IMG/VR virus record: IMGVR_UViG_3300025769_000089
Source of the DNA: an uncultured virus (IMG/VR IMGVR_UViG_3300025769_000089)
Lineage: Duplodnaviria; Heunggongvirae; Uroviricota; Caudoviricetes
Direction: 5' to 3' (one strand)
DNA length: 64,000 bases
The notes beneath the pieces were generated by a model. The model did no database searches. It was not told the origin of the DNA and saw nothing but the letters and a program-made list of their open reading frames with translations. Numbering within the stretch: the stretch's first letter is position 1; every line of letters begins with the position of its first letter. Positions 48,768-58,630 of this stretch are shown one piece after another. Both the position numbers and the translations under genes were made by a program.

Positions 48768-50760
48768 CTATCACATAGTCGGAAGCCATTAATTCGAGAT
48801 TGAATGCGTAGTAGTTGTTCCCAGCATCATAACGCACATGAAGTTTCTCCGGGATAATTCTCATACCGCCGTCATTACCTCTTGCAGGCTGGTCTGTGAG
48901 AGTAACCCACATTTGCTGACCTGCTCCTACTAGGAAGCCAAATACTGCTTCTATTTCGTTTGGTATAACTGGCTCAATAAATTTGTCATACCAATTGTCA
49001 GGACTTTCATCACCCGCACCACCATCGCTCATGCCCAGTAGTAAATCATGCATAGGTTCATTGGCAGCCCTGCTGTTACCTTCCGAACCTTTGAGATTAG
49101 TTTCTATCTCACCAAAAGTCAAGAAGAAATTTCTAGCAACGCCTGTTACGCCAGAACTCTGCACTAAACTGTCATATGGTATCTGTATACCACGAAGCAA
49201 ATCTGTGTTCCTATTTGAGTTAGAAACTAATCCAATCAAATCTTGTACCTTATCACCCGCCGACTTTCTTGACTGAGTTGGTGTAGTACCAGCACTGTGA
49301 AATTCTAAATCTTTACTAAAGAAATCAGTTAAGTCTGTACTTAAGCAACTAGGATGTAGAATCTCTATACTAGGCTTGTATCTTTGTTCTATCAAAACCA
49401 TCACTCCTTTTCTCGTTACATTAAATACAGAGTCCATCCTTCTGTCATTAGGGCCTGTGTTAATTGTTAATCCGGTCTTGGTGTTGCCTACTAAATTGCT
49501 AGTTATTGTTCCATTAAATGCTTTTTCGACTTGCTCTGCCATAGCAACCGCTGGGTTGGGGGCTGTATCTATACCTTGTACTGGTACCCTAATGAGTACA
49601 TCATAAATAGCAGCGTCATTAGCAGAAAGAGTAGAACTGGGTACCAACCCTATACGCTTTAAGGAAGGGTCAGTAGTATATGGGATATTGAAGTCAAAAT
49701 CTAATCTTACGCCTACTCTAGGAACATTACCATTACCCGTAGGGGAGTTAGAAGGTCCATGAGGACTAGGTGTTCTTTCCATAGAACTGTCTCTAGTAAG
49801 TCCAGTTATAGGTGGGTTTTCTAACCAATAACTCGGTATGATTTTTATATGCTGATTTCTAAATCTTTCAAGAATTTCAGGTGCTTGGTTTATAAAAACA
49901 GACTGACCTAACTGCACAAATGCATTATTGTTATCAGTGAGACCTAATGTGAATACTGCATCATCTCCATCAGGAATAGTCGGATTATCTATCATATAAC
50001 TAACAAAACCTAACTCTTCACCGACATGGTTATATGCTCTCAAAGCAACATGTATTCTTTCATTAAGAGCAAGTGTTGTTGAAGTAGCGGAAGTAAATGT
50101 AACTGTGTTGTTAGAAATAGACTGAATTATGCCTATAGTTGTAGTCCCATTTTCTTTAACTAACTTATCACCAACATTTAGTACATTTTCTGCTTTTACA
50201 GCAGTATTGTAAGTGTGCGTTAATACTATAGAGGTAACTCCAGAACTATAAGCCGCTGATGATTTAAACATAGAAAATGGATTTACATTAATCTGTTCAG
50301 TATCGGCGGAGGCAGTTTTGTAATGAGAACCCGATAGTGCTGATAAGGCTATAGTAGATGTCTGACCTTTTGATATGTCTTCATTAGAAACAAATTCATG
50401 TTCTATTAAACGAGTACCTTCTCCAAAATTATGTCCGGGTAACCCTAAAGACCTAAATGCAGCATTTTGATTAGGCGTTGTAGGTAAAAGTGCACCAAAA
50501 TTTATCATAGTTCTCATAGGCTCTGAATCAAAAATTACACCGTTGCCAGCATCTACATTTAGCCCTTCATCGTCTACGAATATACCGTTGATATCTATCT
50601 TGATGGATGGCACATTCGTGTCTACAGCGAATCTTTGTAAGAAATTATTAGGTGTAGGAAAAGCGCTGACATTTCTATTGATTGACATATCTATGCTTTG
50701 TGCGACCAAATCAATCTGGTCTTTTGCATTTGCCAGTGTAAGTCTGATTGGTATAGCCAC
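48760..50760 (-). CDS. Tail protein, paralogue of 50770-53367
   Basis: Shared blocks PIRL, KSAGDKVQDL, RGIQIPY.SL, RNFFLT. Confidence 0.7.
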   Translation of the reverse strand: MAIPIRLTLANAKDQIDLVAQSIDMSINRNVSAFPTPNNFLQRFAVDTNVPSIKIDINGIFVDDEGLNVDAGNGVIFDSEPMRTMINFGALLPTTPNQNAAFRSLGLPGHNFGEGTRLIEHEFVSNEDISKGQTSTIALSALSGSHYKTASADTEQINVNPFSMFKSSAAYSSGVTSIVLTHTYNTAVKAENVLNVGDKLVKENGTTTIGIIQSISNNTVTFTSATSTTLALNERIHVALRAYNHVGEELGFVSYMIDNPTIPDGDDAVFTLGLTDNNNAFVQLGQSVFINQAPEILERFRNQHIKIIPSYWLENPPITGLTRDSSMERTPSPHGPSNSPTGNGNVPRVGVRLDFDFNIPYTTDPSLKRIGLVPSSTLSANDAAIYDVLIRVPVQGIDTAPNPAVAMAEQVEKAFNGTITSNLVGNTKTGLTINTGPNDRRMDSVFNVTRKGVMVLIEQRYKPSIEILHPSCLSTDLTDFFSKDLEFHSAGTTPTQSRKSAGDKVQDLIGLVSNSNRNTDLLRGIQIPYDSLVQSSGVTGVARNFFLTFGEIETNLKGSEGNSRAANEPMHDLLLGMSDGGAGDESPDNWYDKFIEPVIPNEIEAVFGFLVGAGQQMWVTLTDQPARGNDGGMRIIPEKLHVRYDAGNNYYAFNLELMASDYVIGV

Positions 50761-50769
50761 TTTATCACC

Positions 50770-53367
50770 TCATAGAATTATATCAGCCGCTACGAACATC
50801 AGACTAAACTCATAAGCCTTCATCTCAGCATCCCTGTTAACATTGAAATCGCTAATCAAACCACTGATACCGTTCTTTTCATGTCCTTCGGAAATGTGAG
50901 AAAAGTCACGGCTTGCATGGATAGTGTTGACGCTAGACATTTTATCTGATGTCCTTGCGTTATTAGTAGTCAAAAAGAAATTTCTTTGTGCGACTTCTGA
51001 ATCAAGAGTATCCTTGCCTTTAGTCGCTAGTGAATTGTAAGGTATCTGTATACCTCTGATATAGTCACCTTTAGCGTCGTCGTTATCATAAACAGTCTGC
51101 TGAACGAATCCTGTGGTTACATCCAATACGCTGTCAATAAAGGCAGACTTGCTATTTTGTATGTTCAAAAAGTTGTTACTGTTGGCCAATATACCAAACA
51201 AATCTTGTACTTTATCACCAGCACTCTTGACCTTTTTACCAGCCTTTCCACCAGAGAAATCTTGTATAACTGGTATTTGACCTGCTCCTAAGTTAGTCTT
51301 AATCTTGTTTTTCTGACCAAGAGAAGTTGCGTATTTTTGTGTGATTGTGAGTCTAGCATTGTGTCCATTATACGATTCCGATAGTGCTACGGAGTAGACA
51401 TTGTCCATTGTAGGAGTGGTGCTCGATTTATCTATATCTTTACCTAACTCCATATAGTCAGCAGTAAGCGCTTTAGATAATAAGAATGCTATGTATTCGT
51501 CTGTCCTTGTAATGTCAGAACCGTGAGTAGTATCTCTCACAGTGCCATCTTGGAAGTCGGGGTGAGTAGGGCCTACTGCGTCTTCTGAAAGATTACCACG
51601 CACATAAATATCTGCATTTATAATTGGTAAAATAATAACAGGAGAGACATCGTTGCCTACAAAGTTAGCGTTACCATAATCAACTGGTTCAATAAAGATA
51701 TAATCGTTATCAGCATGAGTCCCGCCTGTTTTGTTAAAGAAGACTCTTATTGTACCAGTACCTGCACTAAAGTTAGCAGTGACGACTTCTCCATAGTAAT
51801 CTTCTCCAGAAGATGTTTTTCGGACAGGATATCCACTACTGTTCTCACTAAATGTTACCCTAAGTCTACGAGCCGAAGAAGTCTCAAACCATTTACGGGG
51901 GTCGCCTCCGTCTAAAATTATAACAGAGTCAATGTCGTTAGGTGGACTTGCTTGGTCTATTCTGATGGGAACTTTACTAGCACTGGTGTCATGAATGATT
52001 CTTTTTTGGTTTAAGAAGCCATAAGGTTCTGCGTTAGAGCCAAATAACTTATTATCGAATACAACTCTGATTTGTTCCGATTGATTTGAATAGCGACCTG
52101 CGCCTCCATATTTGTGACCAAACGACAAAGTCAGTCCATATTTCCTAGCAAGGTAGCCTTCTATGTTCTGTCTATTTTCAATTGATAGATTAGAATTGTA
52201 AATTAAAACTTCATGAATATCTCCCTTGAAATAATTACTACCGTCGTAACCTATTCTCAAAGCACCGCTTGATGCCCCTGTATAATCTACACCAGAAGTT
52301 TCTGTACCTACATCACGACCATTGAAGAAAAGTTTTACTTTATCCGATGTACCGTCTGAACCTGTATCTTGCATACTATATGCAAGTATGGCTGCATCAT
52401 ATTTTCTTAATCTAGTCGTACCGCTAGTAGATGTTTTGCTATCTGCCCCGCCTGTATCTACCCAGCGGGCAGTAAATTCTGAATTATTACTTGTGTTCTG
52501 AACATTTAAAGATAAACCATACCCATCTGTAGCAGAATCTAAAATAGGCTTATCACCTGTATCAAAAGCCCTTGTTACTACAAATATAGTAAACTCGTTA
52601 GAATTTAAATTAGTAGCGAATGGTATTTCTAAGTAGTCGTTAGTACCGTCAAACCTAACACCAGATTGGCCGTTAGGACCGTTGCCTATAAGAGATGGTT
52701 TGTTTGCACTAGTCGATTGATTAGCGTCTCTACCAAAGCCGCTAGAATCTGTCCAAGTCCCATCAGAGTAATTTTCACCTTTCAACCAAAGTTGTAGATT
52801 TGTTTTGCTTGGATTGTCAAGTGCTTGGTTTTGCTCTACCCAATAAGCCACAGGGAAATCGATATACTTGGTTTGCCAATCGTCTAATACGGTGTTACCA
52901 AGTGCAGGTATGACCAAAGGAGTACTAGGTCTACTTACCCCGCCTCCTAATCCCAGCCCTTTGCCTGATTCTTTGGCCCCTCTACCAGTTTGCTCACCGC
53001 TGCTTTTTTTCTGATTGTAGATGCTCTTTTCTTTTTCAGACATACCACCGCCTTTTCCGGCGTTTGGATTTTCTGTGATGAGCGCTTGTGGTTGATAAAA
53101 ATCGATTACTGCTTGAGATTGTGCTGTTTCTTCTTGACCTGTTTCGTCACTAAATACACCTTGTACTTCGATAGCAACAGCCGCTTGATTCAAATCTATA
53201 CCCATCTTCTTTGCATCAAAGAAAGGAATACCGAAGTTACTCACTTGTCTTTCTACTACGATATCTACACTAGTTGCGTTAAGAGAGATTGTTTCACCGT
53301 TCTCTTGAACAAGGCGAATAGGCATTCTCTCTCCCGGCTTCAAATCAACCACTCCTGTTGAAACCAC
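50770..53367 (-). CDS. Tail protein with internal LamG-like domain
   Basis: LQLWLK...WTDSSG...FDGTNDYL...FKGDIHEVLIYN...IEGYLARKYG; start may be near 53325 (MPIRL). Confidence 0.75.
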   Translation of the reverse strand: MVSTGVVDLKPGERMPIRLVQENGETISLNATSVDIVVERQVSNFGIPFFDAKKMGIDLNQAAVAIEVQGVFSDETGQEETAQSQAVIDFYQPQALITENPNAGKGGGMSEKEKSIYNQKKSSGEQTGRGAKESGKGLGLGGGVSRPSTPLVIPALGNTVLDDWQTKYIDFPVAYWVEQNQALDNPSKTNLQLWLKGENYSDGTWTDSSGFGRDANQSTSANKPSLIGNGPNGQSGVRFDGTNDYLEIPFATNLNSNEFTIFVVTRAFDTGDKPILDSATDGYGLSLNVQNTSNNSEFTARWVDTGGADSKTSTSGTTRLRKYDAAILAYSMQDTGSDGTSDKVKLFFNGRDVGTETSGVDYTGASSGALRIGYDGSNYFKGDIHEVLIYNSNLSIENRQNIEGYLARKYGLTLSFGHKYGGAGRYSNQSEQIRVVFDNKLFGSNAEPYGFLNQKRIIHDTSASKVPIRIDQASPPNDIDSVIILDGGDPRKWFETSSARRLRVTFSENSSGYPVRKTSSGEDYYGEVVTANFSAGTGTIRVFFNKTGGTHADNDYIFIEPVDYGNANFVGNDVSPVIILPIINADIYVRGNLSEDAVGPTHPDFQDGTVRDTTHGSDITRTDEYIAFLLSKALTADYMELGKDIDKSSTTPTMDNVYSVALSESYNGHNARLTITQKYATSLGQKNKIKTNLGAGQIPVIQDFSGGKAGKKVKSAGDKVQDLFGILANSNNFLNIQNSKSAFIDSVLDVTTGFVQQTVYDNDDAKGDYIRGIQIPYNSLATKGKDTLDSEVAQRNFFLTTNNARTSDKMSSVNTIHASRDFSHISEGHEKNGISGLISDFNVNRDAEMKAYEFSLMFVAADIIL

Positions 53368-53755
53368 TTTGTGTTAACGAGCCACCAATCTTTGACTTGA
53401 GTTCCTTAGTCACCATAGCGCTGATTTCCTTAGCCAGAGCCCGCTTGTCTGTTTTGTCAGTGACACCGCTAACATCTATCTTGAGATTGACAGTGACATT
53501 AGTTTCTTGACTAGCGCCACCAGCAGTAGTAGGGATTGCAGTGTCGCCTGTGGCTTGCTGCATAGGCTGGGTGTTACTCATGTCTTTGAGAGATTTAGTT
53601 AAGTCGACTGTATTGGATTTAGTCATAGCCATTGACTTAGTGAACTTATCCATCTGTTGCTGCAAGGCCTGCATGTTCTCCTTAGCAGACTTGCTATAAT
53701 TGCTAAAGTTCTTCATCGACTCCACAGTGCGTGGGTCTATACCTTCGTCTACCAT
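53345..53755 (-). CDS. Short protein at the tape-measure position
   Basis: 136 aa; helical N-half; TMP-like C-terminus (NVTVNLKIDVSG...LAKEI). Confidence 0.5.
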   Translation of the reverse strand: MVDEGIDPRTVESMKNFSNYSKSAKENMQALQQQMDKFTKSMAMTKSNTVDLTKSLKDMSNTQPMQQATGDTAIPTTAGGASQETNVTVNLKIDVSGVTDKTDKRALAKEISAMVTKELKSKIGGSLTQSGFNRSG

Positions 53756-54024
53756 TCGTCTTCCTCCAATCTAGCCAAGATGTCATACCCCAAATAAACT
53801 GCGTTCTCAGCAGCCTGCTCTTCACCTTGCATAGCCTGAGCCCAGTAAAGAAGTTGCTTAGCATCGTTTATGTTCAAGTCTCTCACATCCTTTAGTGTCA
53901 TATTGTAGTGCGTCATTAGTAAATATTCCATTGCTTGTTTCTGATAGCGAAGCCGGTCACTCACAGGTCTCCCGTTGATGAAGTACTTGATTTGTCCGAC
54001 TTCGCTGGCCGAAAAACTAACCAT
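53749..54024 (-). CDS. Tail assembly chaperone, T-like segment (possibly via -1 frameshift)
   Basis: Overlaps upstream ORF in the -1 frame; position between tube gene and TMP-like gene. Confidence 0.5.
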   Translation of the reverse strand: MVSFSASEVGQIKYFINGRPVSDRLRYQKQAMEYLLMTHYNMTLKDVRDLNINDAKQLLYWAQAMQGEEQAAENAVYLGYDILARLEEDEW

Positions 54025-54296
54025 TCCATAACCTGACTTGGGTCTGGTAAAAGGTTGGTAAGTTTCTTGCCATCTTCTGGAGATAGACTTTCTATATCAA
54101 CTTCTATAGATTTTCCATCAGGATTTGTATAACTGAGCCAGTGGCTAAATGCATGTCGCCAGTAGTCCGAAAAGTCTAGGCTACCATGAGTCATCAGCGG
54201 GGCTACTTTCTGTATATGGTAAAAGGTCAGTCGCCGCTTACTAACTTCTATTGGTTTGCCGTTTATCGTTATCTTACTCTTGTTCTCCTGTGACAT
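53961..54296 (-). CDS. Tail assembly chaperone, G-like
   Basis: 111 aa, downstream of tail tube gene. Confidence 0.5.
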   Translation of the reverse strand: MSQENKSKITINGKPIEVSKRRLTFYHIQKVAPLMTHGSLDFSDYWRHAFSHWLSYTNPDGKSIEVDIESLSPEDGKKLTNLLPDPSQVMEWLVFRPAKSDKSSTSSTGDL

Positions 54297-54510
54297 ACTT
54301 ACTCACTTCCTCGCCGGATAGTGCCTCTTCCGAGGGGCTATCCTCCAGTTTCAGGTGAGCGAATGGGTTATCACTGGCTCGCCCTGCTTCTGGGTCGAAG
54401 AGGTATTCTCCACCCTCTTCTTCTTCTTCTTCTTGTAGATTCTCATTTATTTGCTTGTGAAAAACTGCTTCCAGTACTGCATTCATAGACCGTCTAATTC
54501 TCATCGGCAT
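54274..54510 (-). CDS. Acidic hypothetical protein
   Basis: 78 aa; GAGGAGA RBS. Confidence 0.6.
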   Translation of the reverse strand: MPMRIRRSMNAVLEAVFHKQINENLQEEEEEEGGEYLFDPEAGRASDNPFAHLKLEDSPSEEALSGEEVSKYVTGEQE

Positions 54511-54519
54511 ATTATCTCC

Positions 54520-56553
54520 TCAGCAGTGGTAAATCGTATCTTCACTAATCACTTTGACATTCTGTGGCTTGATTTTCATTGTTGTGAACAGCAGCCCCTT
54601 GTCGTCAGGTACAGGTATTGCTAACTCAGTTATGAAGTAATCGTCTGCAATGATTCTCAGACTTGGAGTTGTACCCGACCCTGTAGTGACAGGCTTGGTG
54701 AAATGCAGCATGATAGTACCCCCGGTTGCACCAGCAGTGCCACCACGCTGAATGTGAGTTCTTAATTCGTGATAGAGAGAAGCATTTTCTAAAGCAATGG
54801 TGACTTCCATGTCAAAGTTTTCTTTACCTTCTCTGATGATAGATGCGTTACGAGTACCGCCATAAGGCACCTGCTTGATACTAAGATTATCTGAGTTTAC
54901 GGTCTCAGGTATAGGATTGCTTTGGATAGTGTGGAAAACTTCTACACCTGTCTTACCCTTCAACTCAAACGCACTAACGAATCCTAAGTTTTGGTCAAAG
55001 GCGCTGATTGTTCCATTGTAAAACATAAATGGCTTCTCAGAGCCTTTTGCTATACCTGATGCCTTTTTCTCAGCCAGCCCTGTAGCAACATTTTGGAACA
55101 TTCGGTTAGCCGTGTATCTGTCGCCTTTGTTAGCGCTCTCTAGCCTACCTGTATCTGTGTAGCAAGAAAGAGCGTCGAATACAGCACGATACTTTAGTTC
55201 AGCATCTACTGTACTAGTCAATTCATACTCAACTATCTTACAGCCTTTGAAAACTCTAGTCAACTGCTTAGTGTCACCAGCCGAGCCGGGCGCTATTGTA
55301 GTCTCACCAGCACTGTTGAAAGAACCCAAGTCCCTAGTCCTCACACTGTGTTCTATAGAAAAACTTGGCACAGTTTCTCCAGAAAACAAAAGTCTTCTGA
55401 CAGGATTGACTATCTTTCTATTAGTATCTACATGAGGACTGCCGAAATTGCCATCAATGCTACCGTCAGCATATTTTCTTAACTCAATGTCGTCAGTCGT
55501 TGTATGTTCAAACTGCCAAGGGTCGTCAACATAAAGTCTGTAATTTCCACCACTCAGGGCTTCTATTGCAGAAATCCTCCTACATTCACTGCTTTCCGCC
55601 CATTCAAAGTGATGAGCGTCAGAAGAAAGACCTGCGCCGTTTGGCCAGTAAATGTTACTACTGGCTCCTAAATCAGGCGCTTTGTAGGTAGTAGTCGGGA
55701 TACGAGTGCCGTCTTTGATAAGTAAGTAATTACCTACTGCTGCGTCAGCGCCTTTTATTGTAAGTGTATCGACATCTACATATCCTTGACCGGGATGAAT
55801 ATTTGTGACAGGATTTACTGCTGAACCTGCACTAGCAGTCCCGCAATTGTTCTGGTCAACTACTTCTCTACCAAGGCTGTAGTAAAGCCACTTTGGACTA
55901 TGTAGTGGCATTTCTATAGAACCGCCCATGTGATGGACTTTTCCTGTCTGCTGAACTGCTACTTGCCTACCTAATCCGACTACATGATAACTGTGCAAAT
56001 CAACCTTAGTGTCGGGTAATGTCATGAAAGAAGCAAGCCCTAGGAAGCCGTCTATCAAACTAGCCTCCTTTGTATCAGAAGCATTCGCATGTAATACTGT
56101 TTCGTTATTACCAGCGACGGTTGGTAAACCAGTCGAATGGATGAGAATGCTGTCACCTGTGCCACTAGTCACTGACGCTTGTGTAAGCGCAGGTACAATC
56201 TTAATCTTAGTCACTGAATCAAATGTGTGGTCTATGATTGTATACAAACGACTCTTCATGTCAGTGTAATAGTAAGAAGAAAAGTTGTTTTGACCAGACG
56301 CTGTCGAATGAAATGACATCTTCTGACCAATCAACATACCTACAGGAACTTTTAGCGCAGCCTTAGCGCTCTCGAATATACTGGCGTTACCAGACGCTGT
56401 TCCTGCAAATACTATCTCTGTATGTGTGGGATTACTAATATCAGTAGTGGCTGTCCATGTACAAGGTTCGTTGTGCTCAATCATCAGGCTTGTTTCATGC
56501 CCCATGACAACTTCGGAGACATCTCCCTTATAGTGAGCACCAAAGCCACTCAT
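54520..56553 (-). CDS. Putative major tail (tube) protein with inserted domains
   Basis: 677 aa; PSFSIE...FKGCKI...PFMFYNG tube-like motifs; canonical position. Confidence 0.6.
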   Translation of the reverse strand: MSGFGAHYKGDVSEVVMGHETSLMIEHNEPCTWTATTDISNPTHTEIVFAGTASGNASIFESAKAALKVPVGMLIGQKMSFHSTASGQNNFSSYYYTDMKSRLYTIIDHTFDSVTKIKIVPALTQASVTSGTGDSILIHSTGLPTVAGNNETVLHANASDTKEASLIDGFLGLASFMTLPDTKVDLHSYHVVGLGRQVAVQQTGKVHHMGGSIEMPLHSPKWLYYSLGREVVDQNNCGTASAGSAVNPVTNIHPGQGYVDVDTLTIKGADAAVGNYLLIKDGTRIPTTTYKAPDLGASSNIYWPNGAGLSSDAHHFEWAESSECRRISAIEALSGGNYRLYVDDPWQFEHTTTDDIELRKYADGSIDGNFGSPHVDTNRKIVNPVRRLLFSGETVPSFSIEHSVRTRDLGSFNSAGETTIAPGSAGDTKQLTRVFKGCKIVEYELTSTVDAELKYRAVFDALSCYTDTGRLESANKGDRYTANRMFQNVATGLAEKKASGIAKGSEKPFMFYNGTISAFDQNLGFVSAFELKGKTGVEVFHTIQSNPIPETVNSDNLSIKQVPYGGTRNASIIREGKENFDMEVTIALENASLYHELRTHIQRGGTAGATGGTIMLHFTKPVTTGSGTTPSLRIIADDYFITELAIPVPDDKGLLFTTMKIKPQNVKVISEDTIYHC

Positions 56554-57023
56554 GGTATCATCTCCGCTAGTATTACAACTTCTACTTGGAATGTATGTCT
56601 AAACAGTTTTTTGGTTCGGTCTGACAGGTCAGTACGAGTCTTGAGAACCATGCGGTCAAAGTTTGCCCCGTCGCCTTTTCTACTGTTGTGGATAACTCTT
56701 CTCATTTCGTTTTCCATCTTTCTTAGCCTAGAACGACCTCTTGATGTTCTCATGTCGACTGTGATATTGTAACGGGTGGTGACGAAGTTGTACATCAAAT
56801 CAGGTACTTCTTCGTTCTGGGCTGTCTCATAGCATAGAATGTAATCATGTCTTTGTAAATCAATACGCTTGCCCCTCTCAGGCGTTTCGTTGGCAATGTC
56901 TACAACTACAGGCTTTACATTGTCAGTATTGGCCCTGTTCCAACCCTTGTCGGTACCAGAGTCATAATTCGCTGCCAGTATGTCAATGACTGTCTCAAGA
57001 GGCTCTTTCCATGTAGCAACCAT
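56550..57023 (-). CDS. Putative tail terminator/completion protein
   Basis: 157 aa, immediately before tube gene. Confidence 0.55.
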   Translation of the reverse strand: MVATWKEPLETVIDILAANYDSGTDKGWNRANTDNVKPVVVDIANETPERGKRIDLQRHDYILCYETAQNEEVPDLMYNFVTTRYNITVDMRTSRGRSRLRKMENEMRRVIHNSRKGDGANFDRMVLKTRTDLSDRTKKLFRHTFQVEVVILAEMIP

Positions 57024-58630
57024 TACGAGAACACCACCACTTCTTTGTAGCGGGTTAACAGTTCTTCTGCTTCTTTTCTAAACAATTGAATCTTAGAACC
57101 CAAGTCAACATTCTGCGAGCCCTCCGGTATCAAGACGCTGCGGTCATCTGATAGTAACAAATCAGCCGCTACCATCTTAGTAGCAGCCTCTTCTATGGCC
57201 TTCTCAAGATACCTTTCGCCATAGATGTAAGATACCTTGACAGAGTTGTGTTCAAAGAAAGGATATGAATTGTTGAAATAAACTATTCCCATCTCAGCGT
57301 CTAGCCACCAGTCACGCAATCTCGCTTGGTCACCACTAGAGGAGCCGCCTTGTAAATCGAGTTGAAGCAAGTGCTGAGTAATAGTCCCGCTAGATTGCGC
57401 TGTCCCTACTACATTTGCACAGCCAGTAAAGGTAGTACTAGTCTTACCAGTGTAGCGAATTATATTTGTTCCATCTGTAAATACGCCAGCATGGGCAAAA
57501 CCCGCAGTGCTACCTACCGTTATTACACCATTTGCTCCCGAAGGGAAAGTACCTGTAAATGTCCCTGATGCGCCGGAAACTGTAGCAGTATTAGTAGTGA
57601 CTTGTGAAAAATTAATGTCAGCAGAATTACTGACTATGCTACAAACTTCACCTGCTTTAGTCTGTTTCATACTAGTGACTTTTAATTGACCGCTACCATA
57701 GTCAGCATTAGCGCTCGCAAAAAATTCTTGATGAACCCCTGCTGCGTTAGTGTTTGAACCTTCTGGATAAAAAGCGGGTTGGAATGTTAGTTGCGCCTTT
57801 TCTGCCCTGTCTTCTTTATTAATTAAATCAGCAAGGCTTTGTGCAGCACTAATTTTGTCAGTAGCAACTGACCACTTTGTACCAATTATTTGAACGCCAG
57901 AATCAGCCTCTAATGTTGCTGCACTACCATTACCGGGTGACATAACTATAAATTTCTCATCAAGTGCTCTAACATCATCAGGTAATTGTATACGAACTTC
58001 TGCACCACATATTTCTCTATAATCTTCACCTTGCCACATTTCTATTCTAAGCATCTGTTGGACATTTCTAAACAATAACGGAGTAGTACCAACATAGTCA
58101 GTAAAGTATCTACGCCTGTACGGTTTGTATGTATCGAAGTTTAGGTATTCTGCTGAGACTAGATAAGGTCTCCAAGCATTGTGAGTAATGTTGTCAATAC
58201 GGTCCTGTACTTCTTTGATTCTGGTTTCGACAGTAGACTTTTTCATACCACGAGTTTTACCATCAGTAAACGATGCTAAATTTTGCACATATCCGTTGTC
58301 TGTGGTTTCGTAAAGACCGGGATTTATCGCACCGATAAATGTTAACTTGACACCACTTGTTGTAGAAGTCACTGCTGTTATTGTTTTTTCTGCTCCTACT
58401 GGGTCAGCATCACTATAAATTAATATTTTATCATTGTAAGAAAAACCCACATTTCTGTAATCTCCGCCTGTCACAAACACTGCATTTGCTTCTGCGTTTG
58501 CAGACATCAAGACTGCTTCGCTAGGACCTATACCAAGCAGGTCTGCAACTTTTTGAGCAGTAGTGTAAACTATTGCATCAGGGTCGAAAGGCCGAGTCTC
58601 AGGCTCTCCGGGTGAAAATATAGCAGGCAT
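57023..58630 (-). CDS. Putative head-tail adaptor with large insertion
   Basis: YTTAQKVADLL...RIDNIT N-terminus and VSYIYG...IEEAATKMVA C-terminus are adaptor-like. Confidence 0.6.
   Translation of the reverse strand: MPAIFSPGEPETRPFDPDAIVYTTAQKVADLLGIGPSEAVLMSANAEANAVFVTGGDYRNVGFSYNDKILIYSDADPVGAEKTITAVTSTTSGVKLTFIGAINPGLYETTDNGYVQNLASFTDGKTRGMKKSTVETRIKEVQDRIDNITHNAWRPYLVSAEYLNFDTYKPYRRRYFTDYVGTTPLLFRNVQQMLRIEMWQGEDYREICGAEVRIQLPDDVRALDEKFIVMSPGNGSAATLEADSGVQIIGTKWSVATDKISAAQSLADLINKEDRAEKAQLTFQPAFYPEGSNTNAAGVHQEFFASANADYGSGQLKVTSMKQTKAGEVCSIVSNSADINFSQVTTNTATVSGASGTFTGTFPSGANGVITVGSTAGFAHAGVFTDGTNIIRYTGKTSTTFTGCANVVGTAQSSGTITQHLLQLDLQGGSSSGDQARLRDWWLDAEMGIVYFNNSYPFFEHNSVKVSYIYGERYLEKAIEEAATKMVAADLLLSDDRSVLIPEGSQNVDLGSKIQLFRKEAEELLTRYKEVVVFS

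Noticed and set aside
33231..48792. Many short + strand ORFs opposite the giant gene, and antisense ORFs elsewhere
   Set aside because: Shadow frames of long genes on the other strand; no RBS or motifs
54418..54436. (TTC)n run
   Set aside because: Simply encodes a poly-Glu tract on the - strand
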